A DNA stretch of 63,997 bases, the filler included, from an uncultured Myxococcia bacterium (lineage in GTDB: Bacteria; CAZTWC01), in assembly GCA_964617105.1 (NCBI GenBank). It is 9 parts of 9 records of this genome, joined end to end, with 100 filler letters (N's around TTAATTAATTAA, not from the genome) between each part and the next. Parts side by side here need not be neighbours in the genome. Positions count along the whole stretch, not along the records: positions 1 to 7,094 come from CAZTWC010000197.1; positions 7,195 to 14,276 come from CAZTWC010000198.1; 7 more parts are not named here. One strand, written 5' to 3'. The notes beneath the pieces were generated by a model, which was not told the origin of the DNA, did no database searches, and saw nothing but the letters and a program-made list of their open reading frames with translations. The position numbers and the translations under genes were made by a program. Shown piece by piece: positions 1-8,933 of this stretch (position 1 is the stretch's first letter; each line of letters opens with the position of its first letter).

Positions 1-16
1 CATAACTAATCTCCTT

Positions 17-892
17 TTAACCCTTTTTAATATCCCGCTGGCTCAGGGACAAGGTAGAACCATAGGATTCCTTTAACTGAGTGAATAATTTGCGGGCGAT
101 ATAAACCGAGCGGTGCTTCCCGCCCGTACAACCTATACCGATGTTAAGGTATTTTTTCCCCTCTTTCTCATAATGGGGTAAAAGATACAGAATGAAATCC
201 AGCAGACGTTGGATAAAATTTCCCACAATATCGTGCTTGGCCAAAAAAGCCTTAATCTCTTTTTGCTCACCATTTTTTTCCCGCAACTCTTCGACAAAAT
301 AGGGGTTAGGTAGAAAACGGGCGTCAAACATCAGATCCAGCCCAGGCGGCGACCCATATTTAAAACCAAAGGAGCTCACCATAATGTTTAGCCGGTCTTG
401 AGCGGGGGAGGTGCTGTAGAATTGCTTGATATGTTGCCCCAACTGGTGGACATTCATTCCGGAAGTATCAATAATTTTATCGGCAATTTCACTCAATTTT
501 GCCATTAAAATTCGCTCTTTACGTACCGCCTCCCGTAAATTTTTAGATACCGGGTGAAGACGTCTGGTAACATTGTAGCGCTGGATCAACACCTCCTGGT
601 CGGCTTGTAAAAAAAGGATATTTATGGGATATCCCTGTTGTCGTAATTGGCGGATTTGCTGAGGAAGACTATTTATATAATCGCGGTTTCGAATATCAAT
701 GACCACCGCAATCTTCTGCCGGTTGCCATCCGCATCAGTGGTTTGCAAGAACGGCTCCAGCAAAGGGATCGGTAAATTATCCACGCAGTAATAGCCCAAA
801 TCCTCCAGGGAATTGACGGCAGTACTCTTGCCAGAACCGGAAAGTCCAGTGATTATCAGCAAAGGGGAAGAAGTTACAGATCGCGCAGCCAT
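17..892 (-). CDS. rapZ: RNase adapter protein RapZ (YvcJ family P-loop protein)
   Basis: ITGLSGSGKS Walker A, YCVDNLP, SFGFKYG, FDARFLPNPYF and IGCTGGKHRSV motifs; lies downstream of rpoN-hpf-hprK. Confidence 0.95.
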   Translation of the reverse strand: MAARSVTSSPLLIITGLSGSGKSTAVNSLEDLGYYCVDNLPIPLLEPFLQTTDADGNRQKIAVVIDIRNRDYINSLPQQIRQLRQQGYPINILFLQADQEVLIQRYNVTRRLHPVSKNLREAVRKERILMAKLSEIADKIIDTSGMNVHQLGQHIKQFYSTSPAQDRLNIMVSSFGFKYGSPPGLDLMFDARFLPNPYFVEELREKNGEQKEIKAFLAKHDIVGNFIQRLLDFILYLLPHYEKEGKKYLNIGIGCTGGKHRSVYIARKLFTQLKESYGSTLSLSQRDIKKG

Positions 893-918
893 ATTTGTTT
901 GCTCTCTCTCAGAGTGGT

Positions 919-1827
919 TTATTGGCGGATCAAAGATTCTTGAAATTCCCTGGCCGAATAATATCCTTGCATCTTAAGCAAATGATTTCTAGCCGCTACA
1001 TCCAGCAAGGTCGCTGAATTTCGACCGGGACGCAAAGGAATGATAATTTTGGGTAAATCAACCCCGATAATATTGTAATATAACTCGTCCAGACCCAGCC
1101 GGTCGTATTCTTCGTTATCTTTCCAGGCCACCAATTCCACTACCAGATCCAACTCTTTCTCCTCACAGATAGAGGAGATGCCGTAAAGTTCCTTGATATT
1201 GATTATCCCCAGCCCCCGTATTTCCATGTGGTAGTTGATCTTTTTGGAACAGTGTCCGGTTATTCCGCTGGAACCCTTTATTTTTAACTCCACCAGGTCA
1301 TCGGCCACTAATTTATGTCCTCGGGAAACCAGGTCCAGAGCGCATTCACTCTTGCCTATTCCGCTTTCACCCACAATTAGTATTCCCAGGCCAAAAACGT
1401 CTACCATCACTCCGTGGATGGTAGAATATTTTTCCAGGGGAAACTCAAACAGGGAGGTCAATCTTTTTAAAAAGATTGGGAACATCAATTTGGAACGCAG
1501 AAGTGGTATATTTTTTTCTTCGCACAGATTTTTCAACTCTATAGGTATGTTGAGGTTATTACAGATCACCATAGCGGAAATTCCAGCGATCTTTAAGTTC
1601 TCTATTACCTGTTCCTGTTTAGAGATTTCCGATAAATTTTTCCAGCGGCTCAACTCCAAAGGGCCAAATAGTTTAACCAGGTGCCGGAAGCATTCAGCAG
1701 AGCAATGGTCAAACTCTCTCATCGATTTATCGCTGATTACCCCAATAACCTGGTGTTCAAGATCTTTATTAGCAACCACCAACTCCAGTTTCAGAGTTTC
1801 ATTATTTAAAAGATCAACGATGGTCAT
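919..1827 (-). CDS. hprK: HPr(Ser) kinase/phosphorylase
   Basis: HGVMVDVFGLGILIVGESGIGKSECALDL, LVADD and EIRGLGIIN signatures. Confidence 0.93.
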   Translation of the reverse strand: MTIVDLLNNETLKLELVVANKDLEHQVIGVISDKSMREFDHCSAECFRHLVKLFGPLELSRWKNLSEISKQEQVIENLKIAGISAMVICNNLNIPIELKNLCEEKNIPLLRSKLMFPIFLKRLTSLFEFPLEKYSTIHGVMVDVFGLGILIVGESGIGKSECALDLVSRGHKLVADDLVELKIKGSSGITGHCSKKINYHMEIRGLGIINIKELYGISSICEEKELDLVVELVAWKDNEEYDRLGLDELYYNIIGVDLPKIIIPLRPGRNSATLLDVAARNHLLKMQGYYSAREFQESLIRQ

Positions 1828-1830
1828 CTA

Positions 1831-2181
1831 CTAAATTGCTTCCCGATTATCTTCCCGCAAGGCGAATTCGTGTTCGTCCACAGACGGCTTATGGTTTTGC
1901 AAACGGCCCTTGTATTTTTTCAGTTGTCTCTCCAGTTTGGCCAAAACCAAATCGATAGAGGAATACATATCTTCCGATTTTTCAGTAGCTCTGATAGTGG
2001 TACCTTTACTGTGGATGCCGATCTCTACTACATTCAAATACCTCTCCTTGCCCATGGTTACATTGGCTTCAGCCGCACCCCATGAGATAAACTTGGCGTT
2101 TATCTTTTCCAGTTTTTCGGTGAGATAGGTCCTGAGATCGTCAGATACGTCGATGTTACGAAAAGTTAGATTAACTTGCAT
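1831..2181 (-). CDS. hpf: Ribosome hibernation promoting factor (short HPF/RaiA type)
   Basis: MQVNLTFRN...DMYSSIDLVLAKLERQLKKYK; immediately downstream of rpoN. Confidence 0.9.
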   Translation of the reverse strand: MQVNLTFRNIDVSDDLRTYLTEKLEKINAKFISWGAAEANVTMGKERYLNVVEIGIHSKGTTIRATEKSEDMYSSIDLVLAKLERQLKKYKGRLQNHKPSVDEHEFALREDNREAI

Positions 2182-2262
2182 AGTTTTTTCCTCCTTAGCA
2201 TTGTGATTGTTCTATCTTTTATAATCATCCCGGTATTAAAATAGCGGGAACTATTATAGCTA

Positions 2263-3738
2263 TTAAAACCGCTTTTTTCTTTTGGACGAGGCGGGGATAC
2301 CCATTTGAGTACGATACTTGGCCACTGTCCTTCTGGCCGCTTTTATCTTTTTTTCGGCCAATTTCTTCACTATTTGCTCATCGCTAAGCGGACTCGCAGT
2401 ATCTTCAGAATCAATAAACTGCTTAATAATATATTTGACACTTTCGGAGGCCATATCTCCGCCGCCCTCCTTGGAAAGGCCGGAGTTGAAAAAAAACTTC
2501 AACTCAAATAATCCCTGGGGAGTATGCACATATTTATTGGTGGTAACCCGGCTTATAGTGGCTTCATGGAGTTCCACTTCTTCGGCGATATCCCTTAATA
2601 CCATTGGTTTGAGATGGGTGATTCCCCGCTCAAAAAATGCCTTCTGCATCTCCACAATTTTTTCGGTCACCTGATAAATAGTTTTCTGCCGCCTATGGAT
2701 ACTATTTATCAAAAATCGGGCTTTTCTCATTTTATCCTGAATATACTCTTTGGTGTCGTTCTGTCCTTTGCTTTTAAGCGCCTTCTGGTAATAGTTGTTG
2801 ATCTTCAAGCGGGGCAAACCATCTTCATTGAGCACCACCGTCCACTTGTCAGCCACCTTGAAAACATAGACATCAGGAGTGATATACTGAGGATTATCCT
2901 CAGCGTAAATACTTCCCGGTTTTGGATCAAGGGTAGTAATAATTTTTATAGCCTCCAGCAACTCTTTTTTTTGGGCCTTTAGTTTTTTACTCAGGTGATC
3001 CAGTCCCTTTTTCTCCAACTCCAGCAAATGGTCATCGATTATCTTGTAAACCAGGTCATTTTCAATCTGCAAATATGTTGCCTGTATGCGCAAGGTTTCT
3101 TTGAGGTCCCGGGAGGCAACCCCCACGGGATCGAACTGCTGGATAGTGGTTAAAACATTTAACACTACGCTTTCATCCACCTGATGGTCCCGGGCGACAC
3201 CAAAAACCAAATCATCTGCATCTTTAAGGTAACCATCATCATGGAGATTTCCAATAATAACCGCCCCCATTTCCCTCTCTTTCTCACTCAGGGAGGATAG
3301 GGTTAACTGCCACATTAAGTGATCAAACAGCGTGGGTTTTTTGGTTAGAAAAGTTTCATAAGAAGGTAATTCCTCCCGGTCGGTGGCATGGCGAAAAAGT
3401 TGACCATGATCGATCTGGTTGTAACTTTCCAGGTAGCGTTCCCAATCTATCTCGTCCGTTTCCGATTTTTTTCCCTCTTCCTGCACTTCCTTAACCGGGT
3501 TCTCCTCCTTTTGAGCGGGGATGGCTTCCTCATCTTTTTGCAATTTGATTTCCGAATCGGTTTTCTCTCTGATATCCACAGACTCTTCCAACACCGGATT
3601 TTCCAGTAGTTCAGCGGTAACCATGTCGTTTAGTTCCAGGCGGGAAAGTTGAAGTAACTTGATGGCCTGCTGGAGTTGCGGAGTCATGATCAGCTTCTGT
3701 TCTTGCCTTAAGTTGAGATTCTGTTGAATATCGAGCAT
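2263..3738 (-). CDS. rpoN: RNA polymerase sigma-54 factor
   Basis: MTPQLQQAIKLLQL region I, HEATISR helix-turn-helix, RpoN box ARRTVAKYR. Confidence 0.97.
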   Translation of the reverse strand: MLDIQQNLNLRQEQKLIMTPQLQQAIKLLQLSRLELNDMVTAELLENPVLEESVDIREKTDSEIKLQKDEEAIPAQKEENPVKEVQEEGKKSETDEIDWERYLESYNQIDHGQLFRHATDREELPSYETFLTKKPTLFDHLMWQLTLSSLSEKEREMGAVIIGNLHDDGYLKDADDLVFGVARDHQVDESVVLNVLTTIQQFDPVGVASRDLKETLRIQATYLQIENDLVYKIIDDHLLELEKKGLDHLSKKLKAQKKELLEAIKIITTLDPKPGSIYAEDNPQYITPDVYVFKVADKWTVVLNEDGLPRLKINNYYQKALKSKGQNDTKEYIQDKMRKARFLINSIHRRQKTIYQVTEKIVEMQKAFFERGITHLKPMVLRDIAEEVELHEATISRVTTNKYVHTPQGLFELKFFFNSGLSKEGGGDMASESVKYIIKQFIDSEDTASPLSDEQIVKKLAEKKIKAARRTVAKYRTQMGIPASSKRKKRF

Positions 3739-3758
3739 TTTTTCTCCTATAGTTTGCC

Positions 3759-4561
3759 CTAAAATAATTTTTTGTATTTTTCCCCTAAATAGAGCCGCTT
3801 TACTACTTGATTATCCACTAATTGCTCCGGGGAACCGCTGGCGATTACCTCTCCTTGAAATAAAATATAAGCCCGGTCACAGATTTGCAGGGTATCCACC
3901 ACGTTGTGATCGGTAATAAACACTCCAATGTTGTCCTCCCGCAAACCACGCACAACTTCCTGAAAATCGCTGATAGCCAGGGGATCCACCCCGGTAAAAG
4001 GCTCGTCCAGAAGAATAAAAGCCGGCGCACAGGCCAGTGTCCGGGCTACTTCCAAACGCCTTTTTTCTCCTCCTGAGAGGGTTGAAGCCACCTGCTGTCG
4101 AATAGAGTGCAAACCGAACTTATCTAACAGAGAATCGGCAATCTCCAGTTGCTTAAGGGTAGACAGTTTCCTGATTTGTNNNNNNNNNNNNNNNNNNNNN
4201 NNNNNNNNNNNNNNNNNNNNNNNNNNNNNNNNNNNNNNNNNNNATCCTCCACCGAAAGCCCCTGGAAAACAGAACTCTCCTGGGGCAAATAACTGATCCC
4301 CAAACGGGCCTTTTTATACGTGGGTAAGTCGGTTATGGTTTGACCATTTAGTTTAATTTCTCCCTCATCCGGCCGGACAAATCCCATAATAATATTAAAA
4401 GTGGTCGTTTTACCTGCCCCGTTTGGACCCAACAGCCCCACCACCTCACCATTTTTCAAACTGAGGCTATTGCCCCTTAAAACCGGCTTGTCTCGGTATT
4501 TTTTTCTTAGATTTATTATCTCCAACCGATTTTGGTTCGCTCTTTTTGCTCTTTTTGACAT
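3759..4561 (-). CDS. lptB: LPS export ABC transporter ATP-binding protein; one gene interrupted by a scaffold gap (N 4180-4243)
   Basis: GLLGPNGAGKTT and YLPQESSVF before the gap; LSGGEKRRLE, LLDEPF and ITDHNV after it; the downstream frame is open up to the gap. Confidence 0.92.
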
Positions 4562-5015
4562 CCAGTTTCGCTTTTACCCTGTTAATCACCATTTTTTCAT
4601 GGGTCAGCCATAATTCCACCACCTGGCCTCTGACCACACTTTTACCATCATTGATAACCGGGTCACCAGATAAAACCATTTTTTTGTCAGGGTAATAGTA
4701 GATCCCCTTTTGGCAATTAATCCGACTATCCTTATAGTATATTACCACATTTTTTGAAAATTCAATACGATCAATATAACCATCCTGGTCATAAAACACC
4801 AGCATTTCGGAACAATTAATTTCAAATTTATCGGTCTTTAACTTTACCTGGCCGCTAAATTCGGCCCTGGCTTGTTGATGAAAAATTTGCATGGACTTGG
4901 CGCTGATATCAAACCGGTTACCCAAATTGAACTTTTGATTTGCAGTTGGAATTGGTTCTGCATATGTGGGTAAAATATTTAGCAACAGAACCATAATAAA
5001 CACTATCCACTTCAT
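4467..5015 (-). CDS. lptA: LptA/OstA family LPS transport periplasmic protein
   Basis: Signal peptide MKWIVFIMVLLLNILPTYA from ATG 5015; beta-jellyroll-like pattern (FSGQV, LSGDP, VRGQVV); upstream of lptB. Confidence 0.75.
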   Translation of the reverse strand: MKWIVFIMVLLLNILPTYAEPIPTANQKFNLGNRFDISAKSMQIFHQQARAEFSGQVKLKTDKFEINCSEMLVFYDQDGYIDRIEFSKNVVIYYKDSRINCQKGIYYYPDKKMVLSGDPVINDGKSVVRGQVVELWLTHEKMVINRVKAKLDVKKSKKSEPKSVGDNKSKKKIPRQAGFKGQ

Positions 5016-5086
5016 CTTACCCTCACTGCCCATATTTTCTACACATTTTATATAATAGCACTTTAGCCGCCTGAGCACAACCAGAA

Positions 5087-5614
5087 TTATTTCTTCAGGC
5101 CAACTCCATTTTCTCCTATGCCTTTACCCAAATAGATAAATGCCTTATCCGCCTTTATCACACCTTTGGAAGAAACCATTTTTATCCCTTGCTCAAAAGA
5201 GAGGGTATCCTCTTTGATTCGATAGAGAGCGGATGGAGAAAAAATTTTACCCTGACGGGGTAGGTTACCCGTCAATTCTGACAATTTCAACAGATCTCGG
5301 TGGCGCCAAAAAATTCCCCGGGCACAATTGAGAATCAACTTTTTTCCTGATCGCCCTTTTTTTTTCATCTGGCGGGAAAAAATAACCTGTTGAAAATGAA
5401 ACTCAGTTTTGTTTTTTATTTTAACCTTTTGAGCTTTAAGTTCAATATTGATATCTTTTTTATACTGCTGTAAATGAAATCCCTTGAAACTGGTTTGATG
5501 CTCTCCATTACCATCTTTTTCAGAAGCAGAACTTGAAGATCCTCCGTAAAAGATTTTCAACAGCAGGAAAATAACCAGGAAAAAATTAAAAAACTTCTTC
5601 ATCTTTGATTTCAT
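5087..5614 (-). CDS. Probable LptC-like protein
   Basis: N-terminal hydrophobic anchor followed by a beta-rich basic domain; occupies the lptC position upstream of lptA-lptB. Confidence 0.5.
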   Translation of the reverse strand: MKSKMKKFFNFFLVIFLLLKIFYGGSSSSASEKDGNGEHQTSFKGFHLQQYKKDINIELKAQKVKIKNKTEFHFQQVIFSRQMKKKGRSGKKLILNCARGIFWRHRDLLKLSELTGNLPRQGKIFSPSALYRIKEDTLSFEQGIKMVSSKGVIKADKAFIYLGKGIGENGVGLKK

Positions 5615-7094
5615 AGAGATTAATTTTGTAATGAAGGGTGGAACGAGCGATACCTATGTTCTGAGCTGCCGCTTTACGGTTGCCTCTGGTTTCTCTGAGA
5701 GCCTGGATAATTTTTTGTCGTTCAATCTGATTTAGCGGGTTTTTTTTTCCCGAACCCTTGCGGATCAAATCAGATAAAAAGTGAAAATCGCTGGCCTCCA
5801 GGGTGGTTCCCTCGGCACCATAATATGCCCGCAACAAGAAAGTTCGTAACTCTCGGACATTGCCTGGAAAATTATATTTCTGCAACAATTCCATTACCTG
5901 CTTTGATAAATTTACCTGCTGGTCAGGAAAAAATTCGGTTAAAAAATGGCGGGTCAAAATTGCCACATCCTCCGGCCTTGCCCGTAAAGGCGGTATCTCA
6001 AGAGGCACCACAAACAACCGGTAATACAGATCCTGACGGAATGTTCCCTGCTGCACCATCTGCTCTAGATTCTGGTGGGTGGCCGCCACAATCCGAAAAT
6101 CGGGATGGATGTAATCAGCGCTGCCAAGAGGTTTTACCTCCCCGGTTTCTAAAACCCGTAAAAGTTTCACCTGCACCGACAGGGGCAACTCAGCAATTTC
6201 ATCCAGAAAGAGGGTGCCGCCATCTGCCTGGATAAAAGCGCCCGGGTGTTTTTTTATGGCCCCGGAAAATGCGCCGCGTTCAAAGCCAAAAAGTTCGCTC
6301 TCCACCAGGTCTTTCGGAATTGCCCCGCAGTTAAGCGGCACAAAAGTTTTTCGGCCACTCTCTTCGTGTAAGGCTCTGGCCACCAATTCCTTGCCAGTGC
6401 CGCTCTCGCCACAAATTAAAACCGGCACCGATGAGGGGGCAACTTTTTCCACCAGAGAAAACATCTTTCTCATCTGGGCTGAACAACTGATAATGTTGTG
6501 AAAACAACTATCAGGGAATTGCTCGATACTTTGTTTATTCAACTGTCGAGTAAAGGTTATCTCGGTACTGCCAATGGTAATCGTGGCGGCAAAGGGAAGT
6601 TCAGCATCCTGCACCAGCAGGCTGTTGACCCGGGTACCGTTTTTACTGTTCAAATCGCGAATAAAATAGCGGCCGTTACGGCTAAAAATTTGGCAATGGC
6701 TAGAAGAGATGTAGTCATCTCCTTTTATCTGCACCTGACATTCGGAGGATTTTCCAATCAAAATACTATCCTGAATCAACACCTTAAAATTTCGCCAGAC
6801 CCCTTGCTCATCAAACTCCAGCCTTCCTATCTCCTCCTGCAGGTGACTGCCGCTGTCAGCTAAGGTAAGTAGACCGGTAGATTCGCTGGTAGAACTCTGG
6901 TAAGGTATAGTCTGGCCCGGACCTCTGGTTAGAAAAAGCAATTCCCCCTCTTTAAGGGCTATTCGGTCTCCCGGTTGTAGAGAAAACCTCTCTCCGGCTT
7001 TACCATTGACCTCTATTTTTCCCTCCAGGCTTTCTAAAAAATAGGAATCCTCTCCATCCCCTTTTTCAATCAGACGGAGTTGAGGAGATCCCGG
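5586..7094 (-). CDS. Sigma-54 dependent enhancer-binding protein with FHA domain(s), AAA+ domain and Fis HTH; 5'-truncated
   Basis: IGKS...ISSSHC...DLNSKNGT (FHA), GESGTGKE, GAFSGA, LFLDEI, FPGNVREL, C-terminal HTH; frame stays open from 6941 to the contig edge at 7094. Confidence 0.9.
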   Translation of the reverse strand, partial: PGSPQLRLIEKGDGEDSYFLESLEGKIEVNGKAGERFSLQPGDRIALKEGELLFLTRGPGQTIPYQSSTSESTGLLTLADSGSHLQEEIGRLEFDEQGVWRNFKVLIQDSILIGKSSECQVQIKGDDYISSSHCQIFSRNGRYFIRDLNSKNGTRVNSLLVQDAELPFAATITIGSTEITFTRQLNKQSIEQFPDSCFHNIISCSAQMRKMFSLVEKVAPSSVPVLICGESGTGKELVARALHEESGRKTFVPLNCGAIPKDLVESELFGFERGAFSGAIKKHPGAFIQADGGTLFLDEIAELPLSVQVKLLRVLETGEVKPLGSADYIHPDFRIVAATHQNLEQMVQQGTFRQDLYYRLFVVPLEIPPLRARPEDVAILTRHFLTEFFPDQQVNLSKQVMELLQKYNFPGNVRELRTFLLRAYYGAEGTTLEASDFHFLSDLIRKGSGKKNPLNQIERQKIIQALRETRGNRKAAAQNIGIARSTLHYKINLYEIKDEEVF

Positions 7095-7194
7095 NNNNNN
7101 NNNNNNNNNNNNNNNNNNNNNNNNNNNNNNNNNNNNNNTTAATTAATTAANNNNNNNNNNNNNNNNNNNNNNNNNNNNNNNNNNNNNNNNNNNN
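7095..7194. other. Artificial contig linker (44 N + TTAATTAATTAA + 44 N); same linker at 14277-14376, 21454-21553, 28604-28703, 35753-35852, 42848-42947, 49933-50032 and 56974-57073
   Basis: Eight identical 100-bp spacers with stops in all six frames; internal contig lengths decrease monotonically (7082, 7077, 7050, 7049, 6995, 6985, 6941). Confidence 0.98.
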
Positions 7195-7195
7195 T

Positions 7196-8920
7196 ATCTT
7201 TTTCCTTTTCTCTGCCTATTCCAAGCACTCATTTATCATGGCGCCAGTGGCGGCGGCGCTATTTCTCTGGCTCAGAGATAAAAAACTCTCCCTGTTTTTT
7301 TCCGCTTTTTTTGGTTTTACATCTTTGTCTATATTTATTGGTGTCAACCTGTCCACCAACTGGGAGTTCTATTATCATCTGGTTAAGTATAACGCCTTTT
7401 ACGGCCCGCTTACTCAAACTATCTATCTACTTATCTCCTTTTTGCTGTTTATCTCCCCGTTAATTTTCCTGGCCCTCATCTATCTTGAACCGAAAAATAG
7501 GGGTGAAACCCGGCTGGACCTGTGGAGTATATACCTGATTTTAACTACCATATTTTCCCTTATACAAATTAGGAAACTGGATCCTGAACTACATTATTTC
7601 ATGGAATTTTTTGCTGCCTCCCTGGTGGTACTGGGCCGAGGGCTGCCAGAAAAAAGCAGAAACCCGGATCTCCCCCTGTCGGGCCGCCTGATCTTTCTTT
7701 ACTCTCTAAGCCGTTTTTATTTACCTCTCCTTTTAACCTGGATAGCAACTTACAGTTTGCTGTTTTTGGGAGTGGTTATTTCAAAGTGGGAACTCCCTTA
7801 CTCCTCTTTACTGACTCTGTTTGAGAAGGAAAGTTCCGATGCCAGACAAATATTAAACAATTTTATCCAGTTGGGGATATTTCATCTTTTGCCAGCAATA
7901 GTGCTAAAATTACAATTTTCCGCTGTGTCCGACTCTATTGAGAGCCAAAAAACCTTGCCAAACTATAGAGATAACCACCTCTATTGGGCGGGAATAGTGG
8001 TGGCGGTTTTGCTGCTTTTGCTAGCCGCCCTTTTTCCTTTCCCTTTTTACACTGGCGAAGAGTTGTATGATCTCCCTTACGATCGTCCCTTTCTGGGTTG
8101 TTTGGCGGTTTTAATTAGCGTAATAGTAGCCGGGGCAGTTTATCCAATTATCTCTGCAATTGCCAATTGTACCATACGGGCACCCAAAAAATGGCACTAT
8201 CTGTTTTCCTCCCCCTATATCTGGTTGTTTCTCTTTTCTATTTTTAATTTTTACCTGCTGTTACCCATCACCACGTTCTCGCTTCCCTCCAGTTATGAGA
8301 ATCTAGCAGTAGATAAAAAACTGCAACATTACGCCAAAGAGGCTAAAGGAAATGTTTTGGATGATCAATCCTCTCATCTCATCCTGGCAGGGCATGAGGG
8401 CTCTCCGGAAAAATTTATTATCAAGGAGATGAAAGACTCTGGAATGGTAAAGAACGATGACCTGTTGGAGTTGTGCCGAGAGAAAAGATACCACTATATT
8501 ATCAAATATAAAGAATTCTATGGGGTGGAGTGTCTCTCCCAGTTGATAAAATTTGTTGATAAACAGTCAGGTAAGCCCAAGTCAACCAGCAAATCTTTTC
8601 CCAGTAAATTAAACCGCATTTCTTTTCAAATCAACCAGTGTTTTGCTAATGCTGAGGATCAAGCCAGCCGCTATGCTCTGGTTATAATAGATAAAGTAAA
8701 AAAGCGTCTGGATCTAAATCCCCATATCTTAACCGTGTTTGAACGACTAGAAACCCAGATTGGCTCCAATTACCAGGTCTATTATGACTCTATGGATGAT
8801 GATCCTTTTAAAAGTTGCCTGCTCCAGGACTACAAACTCATTGAAGTTTTGCCTGCTGTCAAGGGAAGCACCTTTATCTTTCGCTATCCGGTAGTCTGGC
8901 TGGTTTACGAGAAGCAGTAA
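7196..8920 (+). CDS. Polytopic membrane protein, possibly a GT-C type glycosyltransferase; 5'-truncated
   Basis: Many hydrophobic helices plus a soluble C-terminal domain; frame is open to the contig edge (IFFLFSAYSKHSFIM...). Confidence 0.45.
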   Translation: MFFLFSAYSKHSFIMAPVAAALFLWLRDKKLSLFFSAFFGFTSLSIFIGVNLSTNWEFYYHLVKYNAFYGPLTQTIYLLISFLLFISPLIFLALIYLEPKNRGETRLDLWSIYLILTTIFSLIQIRKLDPELHYFMEFFAASLVVLGRGLPEKSRNPDLPLSGRLIFLYSLSRFYLPLLLTWIATYSLLFLGVVISKWELPYSSLLTLFEKESSDARQILNNFIQLGIFHLLPAIVLKLQFSAVSDSIESQKTLPNYRDNHLYWAGIVVAVLLLLLAALFPFPFYTGEELYDLPYDRPFLGCLAVLISVIVAGAVYPIISAIANCTIRAPKKWHYLFSSPYIWLFLFSIFNFYLLLPITTFSLPSSYENLAVDKKLQHYAKEAKGNVLDDQSSHLILAGHEGSPEKFIIKEMKDSGMVKNDDLLELCREKRYHYIIKYKEFYGVECLSQLIKFVDKQSGKPKSTSKSFPSKLNRISFQINQCFANAEDQASRYALVIIDKVKKRLDLNPHILTVFERLETQIGSNYQVYYDSMDDDPFKSCLLQDYKLIEVLPAVKGSTFIFRYPVVWLVYEKQ

Positions 8921-8933
8921 CCTTAGGGCTCCC

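Noticed and set aside
4124-4243. lptB frameshift or split gene
   Set aside because: The break coincides with an N gap of estimated length; both sides are open
7139-7150. Recurrent TTAATTAATTAA palindrome as a biological motif
   Set aside because: Always centred in N runs; an artificial six-frame stop linker
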